Positions 45,846 to 54,277 of a stretch of 64,000 nt of DNA are shown in pieces; the stretch's first letter is position 1; every line of letters starts with the position of its first letter. This stretch comes from a virus, in IMG/VR virus record IMGVR_UViG_3300048925_000129; one strand, 5' to 3'. The notes below the pieces were generated by a model. It saw only the letters and a list, made by a program, of their open reading frames with translations, was not told the DNA's origin and did not search any database. Position numbers and translations under genes: made by a program.

Positions 45846-45927
45846 TGAGGCATGTAGGATTCGAACCTACTCAGCAATTGCAACTGTTTTACAGACAGTC
45901 TCAGCTCTCCAACTCTGACGATACCCC
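45846..45927 (-). tRNA. tRNA-Tyr (GTA)
   Basis: Cloverleaf, long variable arm. Confidence 0.85.
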
Positions 45928-45935
45928 GTTTAAAT

Positions 45936-46013
45936 TGGTGGGTCCACTGGGAATCGAACCCAGTCCTACAGTTTTTCAGACTATCGTGCAGACCTTAATT
46001 ACACCTTAGACCC
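45936..46013 (-). tRNA. tRNA-Phe (GAA)
   Basis: Cloverleaf, CCA encoded. Confidence 0.88.
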
Positions 46014-46065
46014 AATCGTACAGTTACGTTTCCAAATAGGAAAGAGGCTTGACTGTACATCATTG

Positions 46066-46138
46066 AGGGAGAAGTGGGATTCGAACCCACACAAATCGAC
46101 TTAACAGGTCGGTGCTCTACCATTACAGCTATTCTCCC
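46066..46138 (-). tRNA. tRNA-Asn (GTT)
   Basis: Cloverleaf. Confidence 0.9.
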
Positions 46139-46151
46139 GAATAAAAATTTG

Positions 46152-46223
46152 CACGTCCCACAGGATTCGAACCCGTACCAAAAGTTTTGGAGACTCCTAT
46201 GCTACCATTAACACCAGAGACGT
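46152..46223 (-). tRNA. tRNA-Trp (CCA)
   Basis: Cloverleaf. Confidence 0.88.
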
Positions 46224-46230
46224 ATGTTTG

Positions 46231-46306
46231 CCGTGATAGAGGGATTCGAACCCTCGTTTTTGAAGAGTGACAGTCTAAATCCCCATCCAATGGAGCATAT
46301 ACCACG
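46231..46306 (-). tRNA. tRNA-Asp (GTC), atypical D arm
   Basis: CT-GTC-AC loop, T arm intact. Confidence 0.75.
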
Positions 46307-46314
46307 AGTTATAT

Positions 46315-46352
46315 AAAAATAAAAATCCCTACGAATTTTACTAAGTAGGGAT
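46315..46352 (-). terminator. attenuator-type terminator before tRNA-Asp
   Basis: ATCCCTAC..GTAGGGAT plus T tract. Confidence 0.8.
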
Positions 46353-46385
46353 ATTAATCAAAAAAACTAAAACTATGAACCAAAA

Positions 46386-46502
46386 TCATGTTTGTGTGCT
46401 TTTACTTAATCCTACTATTGTAGAGCTATTATCCCATAACTTATCTGCCCCCAGTACACTAGGGTTAAAGGCAAACGAATAAAAGTTATAAGAGTTTTTC
46501 AT
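46386..46502 (-). CDS. leader peptide A, MKNSYNFYSFAFNPSVLGADKLWDNSSTIVGLSKSTQT
   Basis: Lies between promoter (46520-46578) and terminator; residues 2-26 match downstream tRNAs. Confidence 0.75.
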   Translation of the reverse strand: MKNSYNFYSFAFNPSVLGADKLWDNSSTIVGLSKSTQT

Positions 46503-46519
46503 TGTATATTTTTTACTTT

Positions 46520-46578
46520 GCAAAGATATGAAATTAATTTCACATATGCAAATTTAATTGGTTAAATTTTTGTTAAAT
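46520..46578 (-). promoter_or_regulatory. promoter of tRNA operon A
   Basis: TTTGCATAT..TATCTTTGC, TTTAAC x2. Confidence 0.8.
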
Positions 46579-46637
46579 TTTTAGTAATGCAAAGATAGGA
46601 AATAAAATCCAAAAAAGCAAATACATAAAACTTTTTA

Positions 46638-46847
46638 TTAAAAGTATTCTTCATCAATGAAGAAATCCTCTTCATCTTCCTCCTCATCAATAAGGTGTAG
46701 TAGAGACTCATCTAAGTTTGAGTAAATACTACTGAACAAGGTTTTATCCTTATCCCAAATTCCAGTAGCTTCTGGTAAAACTGATTCCAGTTCACCTGAG
46801 TCCAGGAATGTATCATACAGATCTCTAAGTTTTGGGTTGTTCTCCAT
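46638..46847 (-). CDS. small acidic protein
   Basis: ORF. Confidence 0.6.
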   Translation of the reverse strand: MENNPKLRDLYDTFLDSGELESVLPEATGIWDKDKTLFSSIYSNLDESLLHLIDEEEDEEDFFIDEEYF

Positions 46848-47088
46848 AACCTTTCTTTTTTAAATCATTAATTATAAATAGATACTCATCTTCCATTTTA
46901 GTAGAAGGTTCCTCATCTAATCTATAATTTATCACTTCTTTCCCACTTCCATTATCAAGGACTGTTTTGACTAAGAATTTAGGGGGTTTGGTAGCAGTTT
47001 TTACGTGCAATACACTTTTAACCCCCTTCATTTTTCTTATTACATTTAGCCAATGATTATGGAAAGCCATATCATATAAGCCTTTCAT
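46825..47088 (-). CDS. hypothetical protein
   Basis: ORF. Confidence 0.55.
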   Translation of the reverse strand: MKGLYDMAFHNHWLNVIRKMKGVKSVLHVKTATKPPKFLVKTVLDNGSGKEVINYRLDEEPSTKMEDEYLFIINDLKKKGYGEQPKT

Positions 47089-47099
47089 ACTTCAAATTT

Positions 47100-47912
47100 T
47101 TAGAATGGACTATCATCATCTTCTGCTACTGCATTGGCTGCAAAAGGATTTTCACCTGTTGTAGTTGCTGTAACTGGAGTTTGTGTAGCCACTGGTGTTG
47201 TAGTTGGTTGAGTTTCTTCAGGAGCAGCTTCTGCCCATTCTTTGTAAAACTCAGATTGGTATACATTACCAGCTTTGAAATCTTCGTATCTCTTTAACTC
47301 ATACATTAGAACTTTAGACAGGAAAGTATCCTGAGCTTTGTAGTCCATTGTTTTTTGGCTTGGATTGATTGGGTCCTGTTCAACTATGAACATAGGAACG
47401 TTTCCTTTCTCTCCGAACTTTAATGAGAATTTGATTGGTTGATCTTTGTCTTGTCCTTCCTCTTGCTTATATCTGAAGTAAAGAATCTTGTCAACATATC
47501 CTCTTTGATTTTTATCCCTGTTTGAAGAGATGATAATCGACTTAGAGTAATCTAAGCTAGGAAGGATAGCAATTAGTTTCTTAACTTCATCATTTAATCC
47601 ACCTTTTATACTTTTAAGTGGTAGCTGAATTACATCAACTCCCGAAGGATCTTCATCAGATTGTACTGACAATTCTACGTAGCTAACTTTTCCTTTTGGG
47701 AATGTTTTCTCAGTAATTGCAAGGTATGAAACCTTACCGTAGTCTGTACTCTTATAAGGCTTTTGATAAGTCTTTCTTTCGTTTGCAGTACCTGCATCTA
47801 GAACGATCTCATTAAATCCTTCTTTAGGCTCTTTTGAGCTCTCATATAGTTCCCCTTTAGAGTTGATTCTTAGAAATGTAAAATTTCTCCCTGTTCCGAA
47901 TTCTTTTGCCAT
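47100..47912 (-). CDS. putative single-stranded DNA-binding protein
   Basis: Flexible linker and acidic DDDSPF tail, near recA. Confidence 0.6.
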   Translation of the reverse strand: MAKEFGTGRNFTFLRINSKGELYESSKEPKEGFNEIVLDAGTANERKTYQKPYKSTDYGKVSYLAITEKTFPKGKVSYVELSVQSDEDPSGVDVIQLPLKSIKGGLNDEVKKLIAILPSLDYSKSIIISSNRDKNQRGYVDKILYFRYKQEEGQDKDQPIKFSLKFGEKGNVPMFIVEQDPINPSQKTMDYKAQDTFLSKVLMYELKRYEDFKAGNVYQSEFYKEWAEAAPEETQPTTTPVATQTPVTATTTGENPFAANAVAEDDDSPF

Positions 47913-47998
47913 GTTGTAAACTTTTTATTAATTAGTTATTTATTAGATTGCAAATGTACAACTTTATTTTGACATATGCAAATACATAAAAGTTAATT

Positions 47999-48496
47999 TT
48001 ATGTTAAAAATTTTTGTATTTCTTCTGTAGTTAAAAATATGTCTTCGTCATTCTCGTAAGCCTCCCACTCTTCTTTAGTTAAAATACTTGGTAATCTAGC
48101 TTCAACTGCTTCCACTAAAGGGTACTTTACTTTATAAAGTAACTTATCTTCTGTGAAATCCAATTTAATTTTACCTGTTCCAGGTCTTACGGATACTCTT
48201 CTTGATGTCGTGTGTACCATTCCTGTAGTTCCAGGAACAAGATACTTTGGGCATTTAACAGTAACAAATAAGTCGAACGCTGCACTAAAGATACTGCCAC
48301 ATGCAACTAACTGAAATTGTTCTGGGTCATATGATTCGAAAAGCTCTCTAAGCATTTCTGCAATTATACATTTACCTCCTGGGGAATCAAGCCATACTTC
48401 AAACTTCATCCCTTCTGGTAACTCGTTCTGAAACTGAAGAAATGTTTCAAACACATCCTCGTTCAATTCATCATTCCAATAAAATCTCCTTATCAT
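47999..48496 (-). CDS. ClpP-like protease
   Basis: LDSPGG, FSAA, MVH, DIFLT. Confidence 0.72.
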   Translation of the reverse strand: MIRRFYWNDELNEDVFETFLQFQNELPEGMKFEVWLDSPGGKCIIAEMLRELFESYDPEQFQLVACGSIFSAAFDLFVTVKCPKYLVPGTTGMVHTTSRRVSVRPGTGKIKLDFTEDKLLYKVKYPLVEAVEARLPSILTKEEWEAYENDEDIFLTTEEIQKFLT

Positions 48497-48929
48497 AATC
48501 TAAATCTCTTCTATAAAATTTACCTAAAATATTGTCATTATAAAAGTCATCTGACTCAAGAACACCATAAGAGAATAAACATTGAGATTCATAATAAGTG
48601 ATTTGTTTCTTAGTGAAACACACTTTTAGAATTTCTTTCTTAACTAAATGAGCTCCATCATCCATTGATCCTTTCATTTCTCTTCCAGATGACCCTGCAT
48701 AGGTCTGCCACCTGACTTCCTTCTGGACTATTTCATAGGTTTTTAATCTTTTGTCTGTAATTAGAGCCAACTCCTTTTTAGTAAAATTTCTTTTAGTATA
48801 AGAGTACATAGATTTTCTTCCAATGTATTTCTTCCCATTTGAGAAGTGTAACATGTAAATAAACCCTATGGCTCCTTCAGGGAAGTCTTTAATGTGTTTG
48901 ACTTCCCTTCCTTTAAGAGTCCAATTCAT
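48471..48929 (-). CDS. GIY-YIG-like nuclease family protein
   Basis: GFIY..KKYIGRK, W..Y.GS, YNDNI.G. Confidence 0.7.
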   Translation of the reverse strand: MNWTLKGREVKHIKDFPEGAIGFIYMLHFSNGKKYIGRKSMYSYTKRNFTKKELALITDKRLKTYEIVQKEVRWQTYAGSSGREMKGSMDDGAHLVKKEILKVCFTKKQITYYESQCLFSYGVLESDDFYNDNILGKFYRRDLDYDKEILLE

Positions 48930-48935
48930 TTTGTG

Positions 48936-49901
48936 TTATTTTAATTTTTGAGTAATCTCCTCAACTAACTCAGGATTATCCTTAAGCATTTGAGCAGCCT
49001 TTGGAGCCCCTTGTGCAATGTTTGTTCCATCATAGCTAATCCAAGATCCATTCTTTTGAACGACACCTTTTTTGATAGCAAATTCTAGGAAATCTTGCAT
49101 CTTGTCAACTCCTTCGTTGTAGTATACACTAACAACTGTTTCTTTAAAAGGAGCAGCAATTTTATTCTTGATCACTTTAATTTTCATCAAGTAACCAATA
49201 ACAAGATCTCCATCCTTTATTAATTGTCCTTTTCTTACATCAATTCTCTGAGAAGCATAAAACTTCATTGCATTACCACCAGTTGTAGTCTCAGGATTAC
49301 CAAACATAATTCCAATCTTTTCCCTTAACTGGTTAATGAAAATCACAGTAGTGTGAGTTTCATTTGTTTTTGCTGTAATTTTTCTAAGTGCTTGAGCCAT
49401 AAGTCTTGCAACCTCACCCATTTTCTTAGTTCCCATTTCATCTTCAAGTTCTGATTTAGGAGTCACAGCAGCAATGGAGTCAAAAACAATGATGTCAAAC
49501 AATCCTGACTCAATCATTTTATCTAAAATTTGTAATGCTTCTTCTCCAAATCCTGGTTGGTTTACAACTAGCTTATCTAAATCAACTCCTAATTTCTTAG
49601 CATAACTTGCATCAAAAGCCTGCTCAACATCCACGAAAGCACAAATTTTTCCTTCCTTCTGAGCTTCTGCAATAGCCATAAGAGTTAATGAAGTTTTCCC
49701 AGAAGACTCTGGACCATAAATCTCAATAATTCTACCTTTAGCAAAACCTCCTCCCATACAATCATCAATAGAGTAAACTCCAACTGGATTACATTCTACT
49801 TGTTGAGTGTTTGCATTTCCTAGAACTATTAAACTTCCTTCTCCAAAGCTTTTATTCATAGATGTTAGGAACTCATCTAAACTTAATTTCTTTTCTGCCA
49901 T
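48936..49901 (-). CDS. recA: recombinase RecA
   Basis: GPESSGKT, IFINQLREKIG.MFGNPETTTGG.A.KFYAS. Confidence 0.97.
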   Translation of the reverse strand: MAEKKLSLDEFLTSMNKSFGEGSLIVLGNANTQQVECNPVGVYSIDDCMGGGFAKGRIIEIYGPESSGKTSLTLMAIAEAQKEGKICAFVDVEQAFDASYAKKLGVDLDKLVVNQPGFGEEALQILDKMIESGLFDIIVFDSIAAVTPKSELEDEMGTKKMGEVARLMAQALRKITAKTNETHTTVIFINQLREKIGIMFGNPETTTGGNAMKFYASQRIDVRKGQLIKDGDLVIGYLMKIKVIKNKIAAPFKETVVSVYYNEGVDKMQDFLEFAIKKGVVQKNGSWISYDGTNIAQGAPKAAQMLKDNPELVEEITQKLK

Positions 49902-49902
49902 A

Positions 49903-50640
49903 TTATTTTACTTTGTCTATTTTATCTAATTCTTTTTGTATGTAAAACTTTGTGGATTTTGGGAAGTCAGCAGTTAAAGCCCACCTTGCATATGAAGGGT
50001 CTTTAATAACAGGTTGATCTTTACATTTACCCATAGCCCAACATATTTCTCCATCAATGTATTTTAGTTTACCTAGAGGATCTACAAGATCATCCTTAAT
50101 ACCAAATGCAAAATTAAAATCTGCTGAATGGATGTCTAGGTTATGTGTTTCTATTTGTGCTTTTAAAACCTCCATAGAAGCTTTACAATCGGCTAATGCT
50201 GAGTGTGCATCATCTAAGTCTTTTCCAGTATATTGTTTGTATAGATATGATAGATTTCTAGGCTTGAGGACGGACTCAATTACAAGAGTATCCAATGTCC
50301 TATATTCACTAATATCAAAAGGAAAATCACTTAACAAACATTTCTCCGCAAGTAAAGGTAAATCAAACCGTCTGATATTCTGTCCACAGATAATTTTTCC
50401 TTTAATGAGTTGTAAAACAGTTGGTATAACCTCATGAAAATAAGGCATATGTTCAACCATTTCATTTGTTATTCCATGAATTGCAGATACATCTTCTGGT
50501 ATTGGCTTGAAGGTCTTACAAAGAGTTCTGAATTCTTTTTCTATTTTAAAATCTTTGTCATAATTGACAACAGCTACCTCACAAATCTCGTCTAGAGTTA
50601 GGTTTAATCCTGTTGTCTCAAAATCTATTGTTGAAAACAT
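49903..50640 (-). CDS. DnaQ-like 3'-5' exonuclease
   Basis: IDFETTG, IHGIT, N..FD, AHSALAD. Confidence 0.92.
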   Translation of the reverse strand: MFSTIDFETTGLNLTLDEICEVAVVNYDKDFKIEKEFRTLCKTFKPIPEDVSAIHGITNEMVEHMPYFHEVIPTVLQLIKGKIICGQNIRRFDLPLLAEKCLLSDFPFDISEYRTLDTLVIESVLKPRNLSYLYKQYTGKDLDDAHSALADCKASMEVLKAQIETHNLDIHSADFNFAFGIKDDLVDPLGKLKYIDGEICWAMGKCKDQPVIKDPSYARWALTADFPKSTKFYIQKELDKIDKVK

Positions 50641-50731
50641 AATTTACTTTTTTGCAAATATAAGAAAAATTTCTGACATATGCAACAAAAAAATGAGAAA
50701 GTACAAAAAAATTTATACTTTCCCAAATTAA

Positions 50732-50980
50732 CTAACAATTAATACTTGACTTGAAATTTTTTATGAAGGATTCAATAATCCTTGCACATACCTTTGGTGT
50801 TAGGAGTTCCTGCCTTTCTCCATTGGGAAAGGTGATGCTTGCCTTCGAATACAAGTCATAAAGGTCGAAGGTCATAGCATAGAATTCATCCTCATGCCTT
50901 TGCCATAATTCGTCATCCACAATGTGTTCGGATACATAATCCCAAACATCATTGAAGAATTCATCGTAACTTACTATCAT
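50732..50980 (-). CDS. hypothetical protein
   Basis: Start placed after promoter at about 50998. Confidence 0.55.
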   Translation of the reverse strand: MIVSYDEFFNDVWDYVSEHIVDDELWQRHEDEFYAMTFDLYDLYSKASITFPNGERQELLTPKVCARIIESFIKNFKSSINC

Positions 50981-50997
50981 TGTGTGTGTGGTTTTGT

Positions 50998-51176
50998 GCA
51001 AAGGTATGCAAAAATTTTGAGATCACCAAATTTATAACAAAAAATATTTTTAAAATAATACTTGCATAATTCAAAATAATTTCGTACATTTGCAAAACGA
51101 TTGAAAATTCTACCAAAAACATAAAATTTTTTGTTAGGTATTTGGTCATGTTAAAAAAAAGTATTATATTTGCAAA
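50998..51176. promoter_or_regulatory. divergent promoter region at strand switch
   Basis: Minus TACCTTTG; plus TACATTTG and TATATTTG. Confidence 0.7.
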
Positions 51177-51601
51177 GTCAAATGTGACACTTTCTATGTT
51201 GGTCGGTTGAATACGGTGGCAACATAGATTAAAAACTCACTACCATGAGGGTCCCTAAAGTGAGTAGGCAAGGTGACAGTCTTAATGCCTGGGAGAGGAA
51301 ATACCTCAAATATAAGACAAGTTCGGAATTTGTAAAAGTTAAATTAATCAAGCAAAAGTAATCTCAATCTAAACAAGAGTTACACAACCGAGCCCCAAAG
51401 AGTAGGGAATGAAAACATCATAGCCCTATAAGGGGAAGGTGTGTTCAAACGTTAACCTTTAAGGTTTAGTTTAACCTTTAGTTTTTAGTTATACTATTGG
51501 TTTATTTCAGTAATAGTTTACCTAATAATTTAGTATAACTATAATAACCACTATGCAAAAGTCAGAAATAGATGGCCTTTGTTTTTATTTAACTTAAAAG
51601 T

Positions 51602-51997
51602 ATGAGTGAAGAAAAGAAAATAGATAGTATCTATGCCTACCCAGTTAAGACTGATAGTAGACTGGATCTAATGAAAAAGGCAGTAGCAATATTTGCTACT
51701 CTGGAACGAGTGAGAACGGGGAGAGTAAAAATTAGAAGAAAACTGGAACAAGTGCTTGCATTTTATGCCCTTCAGGGATACAATACTGAAGCTAAGCAAA
51801 TGATAACTCAAACTCTAGGTATTTCTTCTGACAATTTGACACAGATCAATGCAGAGCTGACCAGAAATGGTTATCTAATCAGAGATAAGAATAACTTTAG
51901 AAAAAAATATTTGCATCCAGATATTTTGAGACTGAAAGACACTTTGGCTTCCCCAGTAATAGACAGCAAGAAAGCTATATTAGTTTATTTTGAATAA
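51602..51997 (+). CDS. hypothetical HTH-like protein
   Basis: ORF at start of late operon. Confidence 0.6.
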   Translation: MSEEKKIDSIYAYPVKTDSRLDLMKKAVAIFATLERVRTGRVKIRRKLEQVLAFYALQGYNTEAKQMITQTLGISSDNLTQINAELTRNGYLIRDKNNFRKKYLHPDILRLKDTLASPVIDSKKAILVYFE

Positions 51998-52521
51998 TGA
52001 AAAAAGGTGAAATTAAAAAAGAAATTTACTTTACAAATGATATCTTCCGAGAGGTCTCTAAAAGGATTTCAGTGCAAGAGCCATTGGTAAAAGAAGTTTT
52101 CAATGATTTCATTAAAGACTTCAAGCAGTATATTCTAGATACAGATGGTTTATTTTATGGACTTACTCCTCTTGGAATATTGTCAATAAACAAAAAAGAT
52201 TTGGATAAAAATATCAAAAAATTATCTAATAAGCATTACAAAGAGACTGATGAGGAGAAAAAACAAGAGCTCAAACAATATCTGGAAAATTTCAAGGTGA
52301 GAGAGAAAAGGATGAGAGTAGAACAAGAAAAATTTAAGGTCATCTATCCTGATTTGATATCAAAAGTATTTTTAGATAAAACAAGAAATGCCATGTTTAA
52401 ACCTTCTAAGTTTGAATCTAGTTACTATACTGACAAAGTAAGACTAAAAGAAGCAGAGAAAGAACAAAACAATTATGCTTACAACTGGTATAAAAAGCAG
52501 GGTAAGCCAATCAACCATTAA
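51997..52521 (+). CDS. hypothetical protein, HU/IHF-like N-terminus
   Basis: DIFREVSKR..VKEVF..F..LG.L. Confidence 0.5.
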   Translation: MKKGEIKKEIYFTNDIFREVSKRISVQEPLVKEVFNDFIKDFKQYILDTDGLFYGLTPLGILSINKKDLDKNIKKLSNKHYKETDEEKKQELKQYLENFKVREKRMRVEQEKFKVIYPDLISKVFLDKTRNAMFKPSKFESSYYTDKVRLKEAEKEQNNYAYNWYKKQGKPINH

Positions 52522-53168
52522 TGAAGGAAATAAATAAAGCAAGAAAGATCTTCAAAGGCTTTTTTCCTGATGAGACGGTATCCGATAAGGTGATGGAAGA
52601 GAGAAGATCTCTTTGTGGAGCCTGTGAGTACAACAGTGTTAATACACCATCAGAAAAGCTAAGTCCTATAGACTATCTCAGAAGTAATGTAACATCTGCT
52701 TTTTGTACTCTATGCAAGTGTCAAATTAAAGAAAAGACACAATCTCCTTTTGAGGAGTGTGCAGCTTACATGGCAGGAAAAGAAAAAAAATGGTTTAAGA
52801 CCAGATTAGAAACAATGAAAAACGAAGATTTAAATATAACCAATGTATCTGATGTTAAGGTAGATTTAAGTTTAGTTGGTAACAAATTTGTGGTAGACTA
52901 TGGAGTTCTACATTTCGGAGATAATACCGAGCTAGAATTGTTACTGGATATAAACAGTCCCGACAACTTCAAGATTCATTCAGTACAACCGAGCTGTGGA
53001 TGCACAGTAACAAAATATCACACTATTGAAAATAGGGGAACAATTTACTTTAGATTGGACCTGGGAGCAGTAGCTATAGGAAAGTTTTCAAAAGAAGTAA
53101 GTGTTGAGTATGTAGTTGGTAACCAGCCACATACAGTAGTAATATCATTAACAGGTTTTAGACAATAA
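52521..53168 (+). CDS. Cys-rich N-terminus plus DUF1573-like Ig domain
   Basis: RRSLCGAC, CTLCKC, VQPSCGCT. Confidence 0.65.
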   Translation: MKEINKARKIFKGFFPDETVSDKVMEERRSLCGACEYNSVNTPSEKLSPIDYLRSNVTSAFCTLCKCQIKEKTQSPFEECAAYMAGKEKKWFKTRLETMKNEDLNITNVSDVKVDLSLVGNKFVVDYGVLHFGDNTELELLLDINSPDNFKIHSVQPSCGCTVTKYHTIENRGTIYFRLDLGAVAIGKFSKEVSVEYVVGNQPHTVVISLTGFRQ

Positions 53169-53172
53169 GATT

Positions 53173-53409
53173 ATGAGTGATAGAACTAACTACGGAACAC
53201 TGATTATATCCTCATTAAAGGACTTTCAGACTACATTTCCTAACATGAGTTTTGGTGAGATAATGTATTCTTTCTTAAGGCAAAATGATTTATCAGGTAA
53301 GACTCTACAAGAAATTAGAGCTTTATCAGATGAGGAAATATACCAGTCAATAGAAAAATCAATTAAGTACGAACAAGACGAACCTTTAAACACAGAAGAT
53401 ATTAAGTAA
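53173..53409 (+). CDS. hypothetical protein
   Basis: ORF in operon. Confidence 0.65.
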   Translation: MSDRTNYGTLIISSLKDFQTTFPNMSFGEIMYSFLRQNDLSGKTLQEIRALSDEEIYQSIEKSIKYEQDEPLNTEDIK

Positions 53410-53891
53410 TGGAGATTAAAGATCTACTAGAAAAAAGATTACAGGAGTTAATGACGGTTACCAAAACTCTGTCAGCACAATCTTCTGACCATAAATTCAG
53501 GACAGCCGAAATTATTAAGGAGATTAAATCATCTGGAACTTCAAATACAGACAGAGACAACAACAGAAGATTAGTCACTGAAATGAAAAAGATAAACTCT
53601 TTTTCCTTTGTAAAATCTAACGAGGTAGGAATCAATGTAAGAATCATGAATGAAATTTATGCATTTATGAAATTCATTGATCATGAACCTAACCTTGCTC
53701 CAGAAGATATTGAAGTTTTAGAGTTTAACCTGGCAAACATAAAACCAACTTTCATTCTTGATAAAGGAGAAGTTGTTTTTTTCAGTAAAGAAGCTGAAGA
53801 TTTTGTTATGGAAAAGATGAATCAACCTGATTCTAGGGATGATGAGTATATTGAAAAAATAAGAAACTTTAAGGAGGATGGCAAAAGCTAA
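53409..53891 (+). CDS. hypothetical protein
   Basis: ORF in operon. Confidence 0.65.
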   Translation: MEIKDLLEKRLQELMTVTKTLSAQSSDHKFRTAEIIKEIKSSGTSNTDRDNNRRLVTEMKKINSFSFVKSNEVGINVRIMNEIYAFMKFIDHEPNLAPEDIEVLEFNLANIKPTFILDKGEVVFFSKEAEDFVMEKMNQPDSRDDEYIEKIRNFKEDGKS

Positions 53892-54237
53892 GAATCTAAC
53901 ACCCCATATTGATTACGTTGAGCATTGTCTGGACCTACTTAGAGATAGACTAGATGAATGTAATGACTACATGGCTACAGTCAAATGGACTGAGAAGAAC
54001 ACAGAAGATGAAAGAGAGAAGGAATTCAAGTTTCAGGCTGGTCTTATGAACAACTATATTACATGGATTTCTCAGTATGCCGACCTTTCTGGTATGGTAT
54101 CAGAATTAAAAGAGCTTACCAACACAGGAGATGTGAAGGAAGTAAGAAAAGGATCTAACAAAAGTGCTTATGCAGATATGCTTAAGGCTGGAGAGTTGGG
54201 TGAGCAGCAGAATGATGATGACGATGATGATTATTAA
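53878..54237 (+). CDS. hypothetical protein, possible terminase small subunit
   Basis: Position just before terminase. Confidence 0.45.
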   Translation: MAKAKNLTPHIDYVEHCLDLLRDRLDECNDYMATVKWTEKNTEDEREKEFKFQAGLMNNYITWISQYADLSGMVSELKELTNTGDVKEVRKGSNKSAYADMLKAGELGEQQNDDDDDDY

Positions 54238-54277
54238 AAAATTACTCCCACTACAAAAGTAGTGGGTTTTATTGTAT

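Noticed and set aside
48936-49901. Bacterial chromosome or prophage origin suggested by recA and tRNAs
   Set aside because: Context is entirely phage-like, with no integrase or housekeeping synteny
2098-50437. Plus-strand ORFs such as 2098, 4496, 9314, 14467, 17174, 25158, 35364, 43167, 45487, 50057
   Set aside because: Antisense shadows of better-supported genes or tRNAs
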